A stretch of 64,000 nucleotides of DNA from Clostridiaceae bacterium. GTDB lineage: Bacteria > Bacillota > Clostridia > CAYPLH01 > DUMO01. This document shows positions 8,642-18,096 of the stretch, in pieces (positions within the stretch are counted from its first letter, which is position 1; each line of letters starts with the position of its first letter). Both the position numbers and the translations under genes were made by a program. Under the pieces are notes generated by a model, which did not search any database, was not told where the DNA came from, and saw only the letters and a list, made by a program, of their open reading frames with translations. The stretch is from assembly GCA_012839865.1 (NCBI GenBank), contig DUMO01000063.1, positions 1 through 64,000 of the forward strand, given 5' to 3'.

Positions 8642-10642
8642 TTAAATTTTACCCCTTTTAGTTATCCTGTTTTTCCTCTTAAGGTTTTCCAAAAACGATA
8701 CTTCCCGGGTGCTTAGAACAGCCCCTGAGTTATTATATACCACAAGAAGGTTTCTGAAAAAGCCTTTTGCATATAAAACTCTTATTTCCTCTGATTTGCC
8801 AAGATAAAATTTCTTATAATTTCCTAGTTCAGGTACATATTTAAAGATTGAATCAAGTTCCGGATCCTTGCCGGTTACTGGCTCAAGTTCGGAACATGTT
8901 TTACAGTAACCGTTTTTGTCTATGCAGTTGTCGCAGTAATCCTCCCCGCAAAACTTGCATTTTACAAAGGATGTACATTCACAATATTCTTTGCCGCAGC
9001 TTCGGCAATAGTTCACATGAGAGCTGCAATATACCCTTGAACATTTATTGCATGTCTTGATATGATTCGGGCAAAGCTTTTCCTTGCATACAGTACACTC
9101 TTTAATCTCATCTTCGGCAAAATTATCTTCACATACTTCACACTTCACAAGATGCCGCCCGCAAACAGCCCTGCCGCTGTAAGCCGAGTAGTTCGTATCC
9201 TCGTCACAGATAAATTCATTGCACACCTGGCACTTCTCTGTATGCTCATGGCAGAACAGCCTGCCGCAAATGCTGCACTTGCTTGCATGTTCAAGACATA
9301 CAGGATCACCACAGTTTCCGCAGTAAACAAAATGGTCCTTGCATAAACTCTCGTCACACTCTTTGCAAATTTCATAACAGTCCACACAAAGTTTTTCCCC
9401 GCAAACGGCACACTCATATATATGTGATTTACACTGCAGGGAATCGCACTTTGAGCACTTTACATAACAATCTTCGCATACTATTTCCCCACAGGTTGAG
9501 CAAACATAACTTTCACCTTCACATACATCACAAATCACTTTATTGCAGATTGAACACACTTCCATGCAGTTTCTGCAAAGAACATGCCCGTTCTCGCATA
9601 TAACAGCCCTGTCAATCTCCATTCCGCATTGGGAGCATTTGATATCAACTTTTGACAATAAAACGTCGGCTTCAACCAAAAGCTCCTTTCCGGTATGATT
9701 ATGCCTGACAATTATATCCCGGATATCCCTTTTTGCATGAAGGATATTCACACTTTTCAGGTGATAGTCGCAATTTATGGTATAGCCTCTTATTTCTCTT
9801 TCACACAGTTTAAGGGCTTCCTCCTGCATTTCCTGAAGCTGCTCCAGTGTGCTGGTGGTGTAAGTATCAACATATTCCTCTTCAAATTTGCTAATAATCG
9901 AAGTTATCTTGCCCCCAAGGACATCCTCGATGTTCTTTCTGAATACTTCCAGATGCCTGCTTACAATTTTTGAGGCAACCTTTCTCGCATTGTTGAGAAT
10001 TTTCACATAATTGCCGTTGTCAATCATTATACTTTCTTCACAATTTGCCAAATCAAGGGAGTCTATATCATTTACAAGAAGATCGTCTATGACTTCCCCG
10101 GTTTCCAAATCAATCAGAACAGGTACCGTTTTGGAAACCTTCTGACTTAAACTGTAGTCGTTGGAAATTTCGACCAGGAACATGAATAGAATCAGGTTAG
10201 CCTCTTCAGTTTTCTTAATGGTTTTTGTGCCTATAAATTCGGCATTCTCAATATTTGTATTGCAATTTTTATAGTAATGGCAATAATAGCAGCATTCATC
10301 ATGGTTCTCACATACTGTGGAGAAAGGGCATAAATCGCAGCAGCATTTTTTTTCAAGGGCGCTTTTTATGCTTCTTTCGGTGTTTTTCACCGCAACTTCC
10401 GAAAAGGCGGATTTTAAGCTGCACTCTCTGATCATTTTCTGCAGCAGCTTGCTTCCCTTGGCTATCAGGGTCATCTCTTTATTTTCAGCAGCTATGCGGG
10501 GAGAATAGGTATAAAAGACCTTTGTCCCGTCCGCAAGCAAAACTACAAAGAAATCATCATTAATTTCAAGAATCTTTCCGCCTGTTAATTTCAAATAAAT
10601 CTCAACAAACTTGTGAAGTGTGCTGTTATATATTGAATTCAT
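8642..10642 (-). CDS. YqhG-like protein with a long cysteine/histidine-rich tandem zinc-binding array
   Basis: N-terminal half has LIAKGSKLLQKM and VLIDLETGEVID segments resembling (from memory) B. subtilis YqhG; residues 336-583 are repeated CxxC units; lies directly after a YqhH-like SNF2 gene. Confidence 0.65.
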   Translation of the reverse strand: MNSIYNSTLHKFVEIYLKLTGGKILEINDDFFVVLLADGTKVFYTYSPRIAAENKEMTLIAKGSKLLQKMIRECSLKSAFSEVAVKNTERSIKSALEKKCCCDLCPFSTVCENHDECCYYCHYYKNCNTNIENAEFIGTKTIKKTEEANLILFMFLVEISNDYSLSQKVSKTVPVLIDLETGEVIDDLLVNDIDSLDLANCEESIMIDNGNYVKILNNARKVASKIVSRHLEVFRKNIEDVLGGKITSIISKFEEEYVDTYTTSTLEQLQEMQEEALKLCEREIRGYTINCDYHLKSVNILHAKRDIRDIIVRHNHTGKELLVEADVLLSKVDIKCSQCGMEIDRAVICENGHVLCRNCMEVCSICNKVICDVCEGESYVCSTCGEIVCEDCYVKCSKCDSLQCKSHIYECAVCGEKLCVDCYEICKECDESLCKDHFVYCGNCGDPVCLEHASKCSICGRLFCHEHTEKCQVCNEFICDEDTNYSAYSGRAVCGRHLVKCEVCEDNFAEDEIKECTVCKEKLCPNHIKTCNKCSRVYCSSHVNYCRSCGKEYCECTSFVKCKFCGEDYCDNCIDKNGYCKTCSELEPVTGKDPELDSIFKYVPELGNYKKFYLGKSEEIRVLYAKGFFRNLLVVYNNSGAVLSTREVSFLENLKRKNRITKRGKI
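8894..9637 (-). repeat. Protein-level tandem repeat: about 14 copies of a ~15-aa C-x2-C-x4-C-x2-[C/H]-x3 unit plus flanking CxxC motifs
   Basis: Examples: CSTCGEIVCEDCYVK, CSKCDSLQCKSHIYE, CAVCGEKLCVDCYEI, CKECDESLCKDHFVY, CGNCGDPVCLEHASK, CSICGRLFCHEHTEK, CTVCKEKLCPNHIKT, CNKCSRVYCSSHVNY. Confidence 0.9.
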
Positions 10643-10687
10643 TTTAACCCCATCTCTACAAATTTCAAAATAAACAAATCTATGTCG

Positions 10688-12541
10688 CTAATCCAGAACA
10701 AGCCTGGAAAACTCCTCTCTGAGCATGCTTTGCTGTTTTTTATATTCCAGGTCTTCCCGCAACTTTTCAAATTCTTTTTCAATATCCCGTTTGTTTGTTG
10801 AACGTATTAAAATATCCATAATTGTTTCTTCTATATCGAAATCGCCGTCTTTAATTTCAGATAGAATAGCTTCAATCCCACCTATTGTCATTTTAAACAA
10901 CTCAATTTTTTCATACAGGACCTTAAGTACATAGTCATCAATAGTATCCTTCATGACAAGATTAAACACGGTGACGTCTTTCTCCTGTCCCCTTCTGTGT
11001 ACACGCCCGATTCTTTGCTCAATCTTCATAGGGTTCCAGTGAAGATCATAGTTTACTACTATACTGGCGTTTTGCAAATTCAAACCTTCCGCAGCTGAAT
11101 CGGTGGCAACTATGTATTGTATTTTGCCTTTTCTAAAATCCTCAATAAGCGCCTGCCTTTCATGACCTGTAAGCCTTCCCTCATATACACGGGCGGACAT
11201 GTAGTTTTCATTAAGGCTGTTGCAAAGCATATGTGCGGTTTCCAGCCTTAAGGTGAAGATTACCGCCTTCTCACCTGGTATGTTGTTTAAAGACTTGATA
11301 AGGTTCTCCGCTTTTGAATAGTTTCCAACCTGTTCTGCAAGTTCAATAATCGGGTCAATAAGCTCACTTTCTCCCGGATTTTTCAGCTTTCTGTTCTCAA
11401 GGCTCCTGATCAGCGCCCTTGGGCTGCTGGACAAGGACTGCTGCAAGATTATAAGTTCCTTCATCAAAAAGTAATTGCTTTTATATCCGTTTTGACCAGA
11501 ATAACCATAACCGCTCAAACTGTTAAAGTATGTTTTTTTCATATAGTTTATAACAGCATCGTATAGCTGCTTTTCAATGCTTGAGCCTTCAACCCTCAGC
11601 GAATAAATAAATCTTTCGGTAAAGGGAATTCCGCTTTCACTTCGTAAAGTCCTTACCATTACGTTTGATATTACCTTCTTGAGTTCATCCTTCATTTCCG
11701 GTTTGCACACTCTTCCGGCTTTATCCTCAAAATACTTTTTTCTAAAACTCTTCAATGTGCCAAGAAGCCCCGGATATAAAAGATCCACAAGGCTGTATAT
11801 ATCTGTAAGCCGGTTGCAGAGCGGAGTTGCCGTACTTAAGAGCATGTACCTTCTGTCAATGGAAGCTACCGCCTGTCTTCTTTTGGAGCTTGTATTAATC
11901 AAAAGATGGGCTTCATCCACTACAACCATATCCCATTGTCTTGTTGTAAACTTCTCGACATTTCTGGCAAGCTTGCTTAACGAAGTAATAATCCTGTTTT
12001 TATCAAAGTCAAAGTCATCATCTTCAGTGGTGACGAATTCTTCTCCAAACTTTTCATACATTTCATCTTTCCATTGGTTAACCAGGGCTTTAGGAGTAAT
12101 AATAAGTATGGAATGAATGTTTCCCCTTATAATGTGTTCCTTCAGTATCAGTCCTACCTCAATTGTCTTGCCAAGCCCCACCTCATCCGCAAGCAAGGCA
12201 TTGCTTGATTTGTCCTTCAATACGTTCAGGGCCACTTTCATCTGATACGGATAAGGCTCAAGCCTACCCTCCAAAAGATCCAAAGTTGATAGCTGGTCTA
12301 TTTTACCAGATTTCATCAATTCTCCTGCAAGGAAGCCTAATCTTAGCCACTCACCGTCAAGATTGACATCTTTTTCTGAAATTCTCTGATTTATGTTGTA
12401 TTCGTCAAAAAACGACTCGTGGACCGGCACAAGATCAATAAGCAATCTTGAATCGCTGCACCTTTGTTTTATTTTTATTAATTTTTCATTAGTAAACTGT
12501 GGCAGTGCATCCTGCATATATTCTGCCAGTCCTGTATTCAT
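10688..12541 (-). CDS. SNF2-family helicase/ATPase (YqhH-like)
   Basis: PYPYQ, LLADEVGLGKTIEVGLILKE, VVVDEAH, LLSTATP, TDSAAEGLNLQ, YDLHWNPMKIEQRIGRVHRRGQ; GGAGG RBS. Confidence 0.93.
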   Translation of the reverse strand: MNTGLAEYMQDALPQFTNEKLIKIKQRCSDSRLLIDLVPVHESFFDEYNINQRISEKDVNLDGEWLRLGFLAGELMKSGKIDQLSTLDLLEGRLEPYPYQMKVALNVLKDKSSNALLADEVGLGKTIEVGLILKEHIIRGNIHSILIITPKALVNQWKDEMYEKFGEEFVTTEDDDFDFDKNRIITSLSKLARNVEKFTTRQWDMVVVDEAHLLINTSSKRRQAVASIDRRYMLLSTATPLCNRLTDIYSLVDLLYPGLLGTLKSFRKKYFEDKAGRVCKPEMKDELKKVISNVMVRTLRSESGIPFTERFIYSLRVEGSSIEKQLYDAVINYMKKTYFNSLSGYGYSGQNGYKSNYFLMKELIILQQSLSSSPRALIRSLENRKLKNPGESELIDPIIELAEQVGNYSKAENLIKSLNNIPGEKAVIFTLRLETAHMLCNSLNENYMSARVYEGRLTGHERQALIEDFRKGKIQYIVATDSAAEGLNLQNASIVVNYDLHWNPMKIEQRIGRVHRRGQEKDVTVFNLVMKDTIDDYVLKVLYEKIELFKMTIGGIEAILSEIKDGDFDIEETIMDILIRSTNKRDIEKEFEKLREDLEYKKQQSMLREEFSRLVLD

Positions 12542-12565
12542 TTTTATCCTCCGTTTTTGACATTA

Positions 12566-12587
12566 TTAAAATATGATTATATTTTAA
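12566..12587. promoter_or_regulatory. AT-rich perfect palindrome upstream of the SNF2 operon
   Basis: TTAAAATAT-GATT-ATATTTTAA, 24 nt upstream of the start codon. Confidence 0.3.
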
Positions 12588-12874
12588 CTTAAATAAATTT
12601 CTATCAAAATTGTATAATTTAACGATAAGTTTAGATGTTTTTGTACAAACTAAACAATGGCATATTTGATATACAACCTCCAAGAAGCCTGTATGCTGGA
12701 TTTTGACTATTTGTTAAGCAAATGTGAATATTTGGTGAACATTTGCAAGACCGGCCAAAAGTCTCTGAAAAAGCAATTATTAATCGTTTTCAGATTGGAA
12801 AAAACAGAGGATTTTATAATTCTATTTTAAAGCGTAAATATCAAAATTATATAACATTTATTCAATCTATTAAT

Positions 12875-13681
12875 TTATTGCAGCTCTTCTTCCGGTTTTT
12901 CTGGTAATTCTTCGTCCTTGGTATAATAAAATGTTTTTAAAGACTTAAGCTTGTATTTATCCGGTTTTATTATCTGCTCTGTATTGCCCAGGTATAAAAT
13001 GCCATTGGGCTTCAGAGATTTGTTGAACCGCTTGTAAATCATGTCTTTTGCAGTTTCCGTGAAGTAAATCAATACATTTCTGCATACAATAATATCGCAA
13101 TCCATTGGGTAGTCATCCTTCAAAAGGTCCAGATGCCTGAATTCAACACATCTTTTAATTAAACACTTTAATTCAAACTTATCATCTTCAGAATGCCTGA
13201 AATATTTGCTTTTAAATTCATTGGGCAGACTTTCAACACTCTTGAAACTGTATTTTGCTTCTTTGGCCTTTGCAATTGCAGCATCGTCTATGTCCGAAGC
13301 AAGAATTTTTATTTTATCCGGGGTTAAATACTTTGCCAGAATCATGGCAATTGTATAGGGCTCTTCCCCTGTTGAACATGCGCAACTCCAAATTTTAGGG
13401 GTACTGCTTCTTTGGAGAACCATTGGCAGTATTTCTTTTTCAAATGTATCCCACTGTCCCGGATTTCTGTAAAACTCGGTTACATTTATGGTTATATAGC
13501 TTAAAAAGGCCTCATACAAGCTGTCCTTTTTCCTTAAAGCTGCAAGAAAATCACTGTATGATTCAAAACCGCTTCTTTTTATTTGCGACTCTATACGCCT
13601 TTTCATTTGCTTTTCCTTGTAATAATTAAGGTCAATACCGCTCAATTTGTGGAATTCATATTTGAAAAGATTATAATCCAT
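12875..13681 (-). CDS. cheR: Chemotaxis protein-glutamate O-methyltransferase
   Basis: ITINVTEFYRNP, IWSCACSTGEEPYTIAM, ASDID, DIIVCRNVLIYF, GILYLGNTE. Confidence 0.96.
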   Translation of the reverse strand: MDYNLFKYEFHKLSGIDLNYYKEKQMKRRIESQIKRSGFESYSDFLAALRKKDSLYEAFLSYITINVTEFYRNPGQWDTFEKEILPMVLQRSSTPKIWSCACSTGEEPYTIAMILAKYLTPDKIKILASDIDDAAIAKAKEAKYSFKSVESLPNEFKSKYFRHSEDDKFELKCLIKRCVEFRHLDLLKDDYPMDCDIIVCRNVLIYFTETAKDMIYKRFNKSLKPNGILYLGNTEQIIKPDKYKLKSLKTFYYTKDEELPEKPEEELQ

Positions 13682-13710
13682 TTTTGACCCTCAAAAATCA
13701 GATTTTATAA

Positions 13711-13744
13711 AACTGACCAGCCCAACAAATCAGGCCGGTCAGTT
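13711..13744 (-). terminator. Stem-loop between ispH/rpsA and cheR (possible terminator)
   Basis: AACTGACC...GGTCAGTT inverted repeat with an extended inner stem; only a short T-run. Confidence 0.5.
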
Positions 13745-13853
13745 GTTTAAGGTTGCGCCAGATTATTAATTCACTTTTTCACGCTGTTCCTGCTTGAATA
13801 TTGTTCTTTTATATTTTTAAAGCAATCAAAGGTAATTTCCACGCTTCTCCCTT

Positions 13854-15941
13854 TTATTCGTCCTCGGAAGCATTGGAAGCATCATTCATAATTTCGGCAT
13901 TGTTTAGAAAATCACCTAGCGTAATGTTCAGTTCCTCTTTATGACCTGTTTCATGCTCCTCTTTTTTCTTGTTTTCTTTTTTCGGCTTTTCAGGAGCAAC
14001 CGGCTTTTTCTCTGCTGCCGGCGGGTCAATGGGGTTTACTTCTTTTATTGAAAGGCCTATCTTTTTCTTCTCAAGGTCCAGTTCAATAACCTTTGCTTCA
14101 ACTTCCTGTCCGACCTTCAATACATCTGAAGGTTTGGCAATCCGGACATTGGAAATCTGAGAAATATGAACAAGCCCGTCAATATTCTCTTCAAGATTGA
14201 TAAAGGCTCCGAAAGGCACCAGACGTACAACCCTGCCTTTGACAATTGTGTTCACTTTATATTTCTCTTCTGCGTTATACCACGGATTATCCTCCAGTTT
14301 TCTGTAGCCTAATGAAATCTTGCCTTTCTCTTTGTCAAATTCAAGAACCCTGACCTTTATCCTGTCATTTAACTTGACAACTTCTGACGGATGCTTAATT
14401 TTAGACCATGAAAGTTCAGAAATATGAATAAGCCCGTCAACTCCGCCAATATCCACAAAAACGCCAAAATCCGTTATGCTTTTTACAACGCCTTCGTATT
14501 CCTTGCCAACTTCAATATTATCCCATGTTTCCTTAGCTTTTTTCTCTTTTTCCTCTTCAAGAATTACTCTCTGGGAACCGACCAGTCTCTTTTTCTTCTT
14601 GTTGTATTCAATGATTCTTACTGTAATAGTCTCATTGAGATACTTGTTCAAGTCATTTACAAAATTGTCACTCACCTGGGAGGCAGGAATAAAGATTCTG
14701 ATTCCCTCAAGTTTGCCAATTAATCCTCCTTTAACGACCTCAACTATCTTAACTTCTATTGGAGTCTTGTTTTCAAAGGCACTTTCAACTTTTTTCCAAT
14801 TCCTGTTTCTGTCTACTTTTTTCTTAGACAGGTAAACATTTCCTTCCTTGTCGTCAACCCTATTTATATAAACATCGATTTCTTCTCCAATTTTAATATC
14901 CTTCTGTGGATCGAAATCCGGGTCGTCTGAAAATTGATCCATACTTATAATGCCATCGGATTTATAGCCAAGATCAACAAAAACCTCTGTATTATTAAAT
15001 CCAATGATTTTTCCTTTTACAACCTGTCCGGATTGCAGGGTGACAAGTGAATTCTCAAATTCTTCTTCAAAATTCACTTCTTTTTCCTGTTTAGTTAACT
15101 CTTCCATTTTGTTAGTAACCTCCTTGATTAACCAGTCGGGAGTTGATGCACCAGCAGTAATCCCTATTTTTTTTATATTTTTTATATTTTTTATATCAAC
15201 AGTTGATAAATCATCAACTGTTTCTATCCAATAAGTATTCGAACAATTTTTTGAACATATTTCAAACAGTTTGCTTGTATTTGAGCTTTTTTTGCTGCCG
15301 ATTACCAGCATCATATCAACTTTTGAGGATATTTCCTCCGCTTCCTTTTGCCTCGTACCGGTAGCATTGCATATTGTATTCCTGAACTCTATGTTTGCAA
15401 ACCTGTTGCTTATTTGCTTGGTCAATTCATCCCATTTCTCTTTTGTAATAGTGGTCTGTGCAACAACAAATACCGGTTTGCCGCTATCGGGCAGTTTGTC
15501 CACATCATCTTTGTCATTTACTATATAGGCGTCCTCTCCGCACCATCCGTTAACGCCTTCAACCTCAGGATGATTTTTATCACCGATAATTATTATTTGC
15601 ATTCCTTTCGCTTTCATTTCAGCAACAAGCCTGTGGATTTTTTTAACATATGGGCAGGTTGCATCGCTGAAAGTCAGCCTTTTGTTGTTTGCAATATCCT
15701 CGTATTGTGTTGGTGTAATACCATGTGTCCTTATTACAATATGTCCTGATTCTATATCTGATATGTTTTCTGCCATCATCAGGCCCTTTTCCTTTAATTT
15801 TTCAATAACCTGTTCATTATGAATTATCGGGCCCATGGTGTAAATTTGCCTGTCTTTATCCTCAAGTAACTTTTCTGTCAATTCAATAGCTTTACTGACA
15901 CCGAAACAAAATCCTGCGCTCTTTGCTAAAATGATTTCCAA
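13854..15941 (-). CDS. ispH: Bifunctional 4-hydroxy-3-methylbut-2-enyl diphosphate reductase / 30S ribosomal protein S1
   Basis: IspH motifs AGFCFGV, IIHN, IRTHG, DATCPYV, HPEV, TICNAT, SSNT, GITAGASTP, followed by four S1 repeats (FVDLGYKSDG, FVDIGGVDGLIHISELSW, etc.). Confidence 0.96.
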   Translation of the reverse strand: MEIILAKSAGFCFGVSKAIELTEKLLEDKDRQIYTMGPIIHNEQVIEKLKEKGLMMAENISDIESGHIVIRTHGITPTQYEDIANNKRLTFSDATCPYVKKIHRLVAEMKAKGMQIIIIGDKNHPEVEGVNGWCGEDAYIVNDKDDVDKLPDSGKPVFVVAQTTITKEKWDELTKQISNRFANIEFRNTICNATGTRQKEAEEISSKVDMMLVIGSKKSSNTSKLFEICSKNCSNTYWIETVDDLSTVDIKNIKNIKKIGITAGASTPDWLIKEVTNKMEELTKQEKEVNFEEEFENSLVTLQSGQVVKGKIIGFNNTEVFVDLGYKSDGIISMDQFSDDPDFDPQKDIKIGEEIDVYINRVDDKEGNVYLSKKKVDRNRNWKKVESAFENKTPIEVKIVEVVKGGLIGKLEGIRIFIPASQVSDNFVNDLNKYLNETITVRIIEYNKKKKRLVGSQRVILEEEKEKKAKETWDNIEVGKEYEGVVKSITDFGVFVDIGGVDGLIHISELSWSKIKHPSEVVKLNDRIKVRVLEFDKEKGKISLGYRKLEDNPWYNAEEKYKVNTIVKGRVVRLVPFGAFINLEENIDGLVHISQISNVRIAKPSDVLKVGQEVEAKVIELDLEKKKIGLSIKEVNPIDPPAAEKKPVAPEKPKKENKKKEEHETGHKEELNITLGDFLNNAEIMNDASNASEDE

Positions 15942-15959
15942 GCAAAACCTCCGAAAATC

Positions 15960-16529
15960 TTAATCCAGGGCAAAAACCCTGTCCATTATTTCGTTGCTCT
16001 TTTGTTTTAAATAACTGCTGGGATATATTGCATCCTTATCCCCTTCTATATAAAAAGGTTCTCCAAATATAACCTTTATTTTGCCAAACAGCTTGTATTC
16101 TCCTTTTATTCTTACAGGAACAACCGGCGCCCCGGAACGGATAGCCATTAATGCAGCACCACCGCCTGCACTTATTCTCTTGTCTCTTGTTCTTGTGCCT
16201 TCCGGAAAAACTGCAACTATATGACCTTCTTTTAAAAGATTTATCGCAGTCTTCATTGATTCAACATCTGCTTTGCCTCTTTTTACAGGGAAAGCTCCAA
16301 CTCTTGTCAGAACAAACTTAAGAATTGGATTTTTAAACAACTCTTCCTTTGCCATATACCTTGTTAATCTTTTGAGTTTGTATCCTATCAGGAACATATC
16401 CCATGTGCCTGGGTGGTTGGAACAGACAAGGGCGGAACCCTTTTCCGGAACGTATTCTTTATTTACAAGTTCTACTCTCAGCAGCAAACCGAATATTATT
16501 TTACACAGTGATTTAACGAGCCAAACCAT
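15960..16529 (-). CDS. plsC: 1-acyl-sn-glycerol-3-phosphate acyltransferase
   Basis: NHPGTWD (HX4D), AFPVKRG, VFPEGTR. Confidence 0.93.
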   Translation of the reverse strand: MVWLVKSLCKIIFGLLLRVELVNKEYVPEKGSALVCSNHPGTWDMFLIGYKLKRLTRYMAKEELFKNPILKFVLTRVGAFPVKRGKADVESMKTAINLLKEGHIVAVFPEGTRTRDKRISAGGGAALMAIRSGAPVVPVRIKGEYKLFGKIKVIFGEPFYIEGDKDAIYPSSYLKQKSNEIMDRVFALD

Positions 16530-16532
16530 TCG

Positions 16533-17198
16533 CTATCCCTTTATCATTGAAATTATTTTTTCCGCTACTTCCAAAGCTGACATATTTGTGGTATCAATTT
16601 CTACAGCATCATCGGCTTTTTTAAGTGGTGCCATTTTCCTTGTGCTGTCATTTTTATCTCTATATTCAATATCATTTTTTACTGCTTCCAAAGAAATATC
16701 CTTAACTCCTTTGGAAATCATTTCATTATATCTTCGTTTTGCTCTTTCTTCAGGTGTCGCAGTCAGAAAAATTTTATACTCGGCATCAGGAAGTACATAA
16801 GTGCCTATATCCCTTCCGTCCATAACTATACCGTTTTCTCTGGCTATCTCCCTCTGAAGCTCTACCAGCTTCAGTCTTACCTCGAGTATGACAGCTACAT
16901 CGGAAGCTCCCACAGACACTTCCTTGCTCCTGATAAGGTCTGTAACATCCTCTCCATCAAGATACATCCTTTGCGTATCTTTGTCAAACAAAACTTTTAA
17001 ATTAATGTTTTCCATTAATTGAGAAATTTTACTTCTGTCCCGGGTATCAATGCCGCTTCTGATAGCTTTAAGAGCTACAGTCCTGTACATGGCACCTGTA
17101 TCCAGATACCTTATGTTCAGCCTTTCTGAAATTATCTTTGCGATTGTGCTTTTGCCGGCACCTGCCGGTCCGTCGATGGCAATTCTGATCTTCATCAA
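16533..17198 (-). CDS. cmk: Cytidylate kinase
   Basis: IAIDGPAGAGKST, YLDTGAMYR, VMDGRDIG, RDKNDSTR. Confidence 0.97.
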   Translation of the reverse strand: MMKIRIAIDGPAGAGKSTIAKIISERLNIRYLDTGAMYRTVALKAIRSGIDTRDRSKISQLMENINLKVLFDKDTQRMYLDGEDVTDLIRSKEVSVGASDVAVILEVRLKLVELQREIARENGIVMDGRDIGTYVLPDAEYKIFLTATPEERAKRRYNEMISKGVKDISLEAVKNDIEYRDKNDSTRKMAPLKKADDAVEIDTTNMSALEVAEKIISMIKG

Positions 17199-17200
17199 GC

Positions 17201-17566
17201 TTATTCCTCCGTAATGTCAGGCCGCAAACACTTTGCACCTTCAAGATAAACGTGGCGCATATCTGTTTTTGCCTTCATGGTATTTATATGTATCAACACT
17301 CTTATACATTTTTCGAGGCTTCCCGGCACTTTCATTTCACGCATGCACATGAGGGGCACGTCCACAATACCCATCTGCCTTACTGCTGCAGCAGGGTAAG
17401 CTGCGGTTATATCATCGGTGACAGTAAAAATTATACTAATAATATCTTCATGTTTCAATGAGTTTTTTGTGATAATTTGACTAATGAGTTTTTGTGTTTG
17501 GGAAAAAATATCAGATTCTGTATTGCTGTCAACTGTAATTGCACCTCTTATAGCTCTTACATACAT
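17201..17566 (-). CDS. aroH: Chorismate mutase, AroH class
   Basis: VRAIRGAITV, IIFTVTDDI, EMKVPGSLEKCIRVL, VYLEGAKCLRPD. Confidence 0.95.
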   Translation of the reverse strand: MYVRAIRGAITVDSNTESDIFSQTQKLISQIITKNSLKHEDIISIIFTVTDDITAAYPAAAVRQMGIVDVPLMCMREMKVPGSLEKCIRVLIHINTMKAKTDMRHVYLEGAKCLRPDITEE

Positions 17567-17582
17567 ACAAGCAGCCTCCTGT

Positions 17583-18023
17583 TTATACGACCCTGTGGCC
17601 TAATCCTACAGATACTTCGTTTAAATGCAGAAGGCCGATGCCAAAAAATATGGCAACCGAAACATGATCATTATGACGTGCTATGCCTATTTTCCCTCCA
17701 ACATTCAGTCCGAGGGCTTTCGGCATTATCTGCGTCAGAGCTTCCCTGGTGGCACCCGCAACAGCACCTTCTTCTGCATGGCTGCCTTCTATGACACCTT
17801 CTCTTTTGGCAGACACAACAGAGCGCTCAATTATTTTCATAATGGAAGAAATGAACTCTCCGCCGCAATCTACTGCAGCCGTTCTGATGCCCTTAGCCAA
17901 AAACTCCGCCTGAAGTCTTTTTTCTTCAGCCCGGCTGGCGGTAAGAACCATTTTTATTGCTGCAGCTGCAATATCCTTGCTTCCCAAAGGATCTTTATTT
18001 TCCAAATAATTATACTCGTCCAT
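17583..18023 (-). CDS. hutP: HutP family RNA-binding protein
   Basis: SAKREGVI, HAEEGAVAGATREA, GGKIGIAR, VAIFFGIGLLHL. Confidence 0.85.
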   Translation of the reverse strand: MDEYNYLENKDPLGSKDIAAAAIKMVLTASRAEEKRLQAEFLAKGIRTAAVDCGGEFISSIMKIIERSVVSAKREGVIEGSHAEEGAVAGATREALTQIMPKALGLNVGGKIGIARHNDHVSVAIFFGIGLLHLNEVSVGLGHRVV

Positions 18024-18096
18024 ATTCTACCCCTTATTATAACTACCTGCACTTTATTAATTATATAGTAATATTTGCAATAAAACAATATTTCAT

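Noticed and set aside
9145..9417. 90-aa minus-strand ORF and several plus-strand ORFs inside the Cys array
   Set aside because: Frame shadows caused by the biased codon content of the repeat.
5755..12541. SNF2 operon as a genomic island integrated at tRNA-Leu
   Set aside because: No integrase, no duplicated tRNA 3' end (att site) seen, the tRNA has its own terminator, and composition looks like the host.
13854..15941. IspH-ribosomal protein S1 fusion as a novelty
   Set aside because: A well-known fusion in Clostridia.
17583..18023. HutP without hut genes as a novel antitermination system
   Set aside because: Orphan HutP-family genes in the cmk region are common in Clostridia, and I found no target UAG array nearby.
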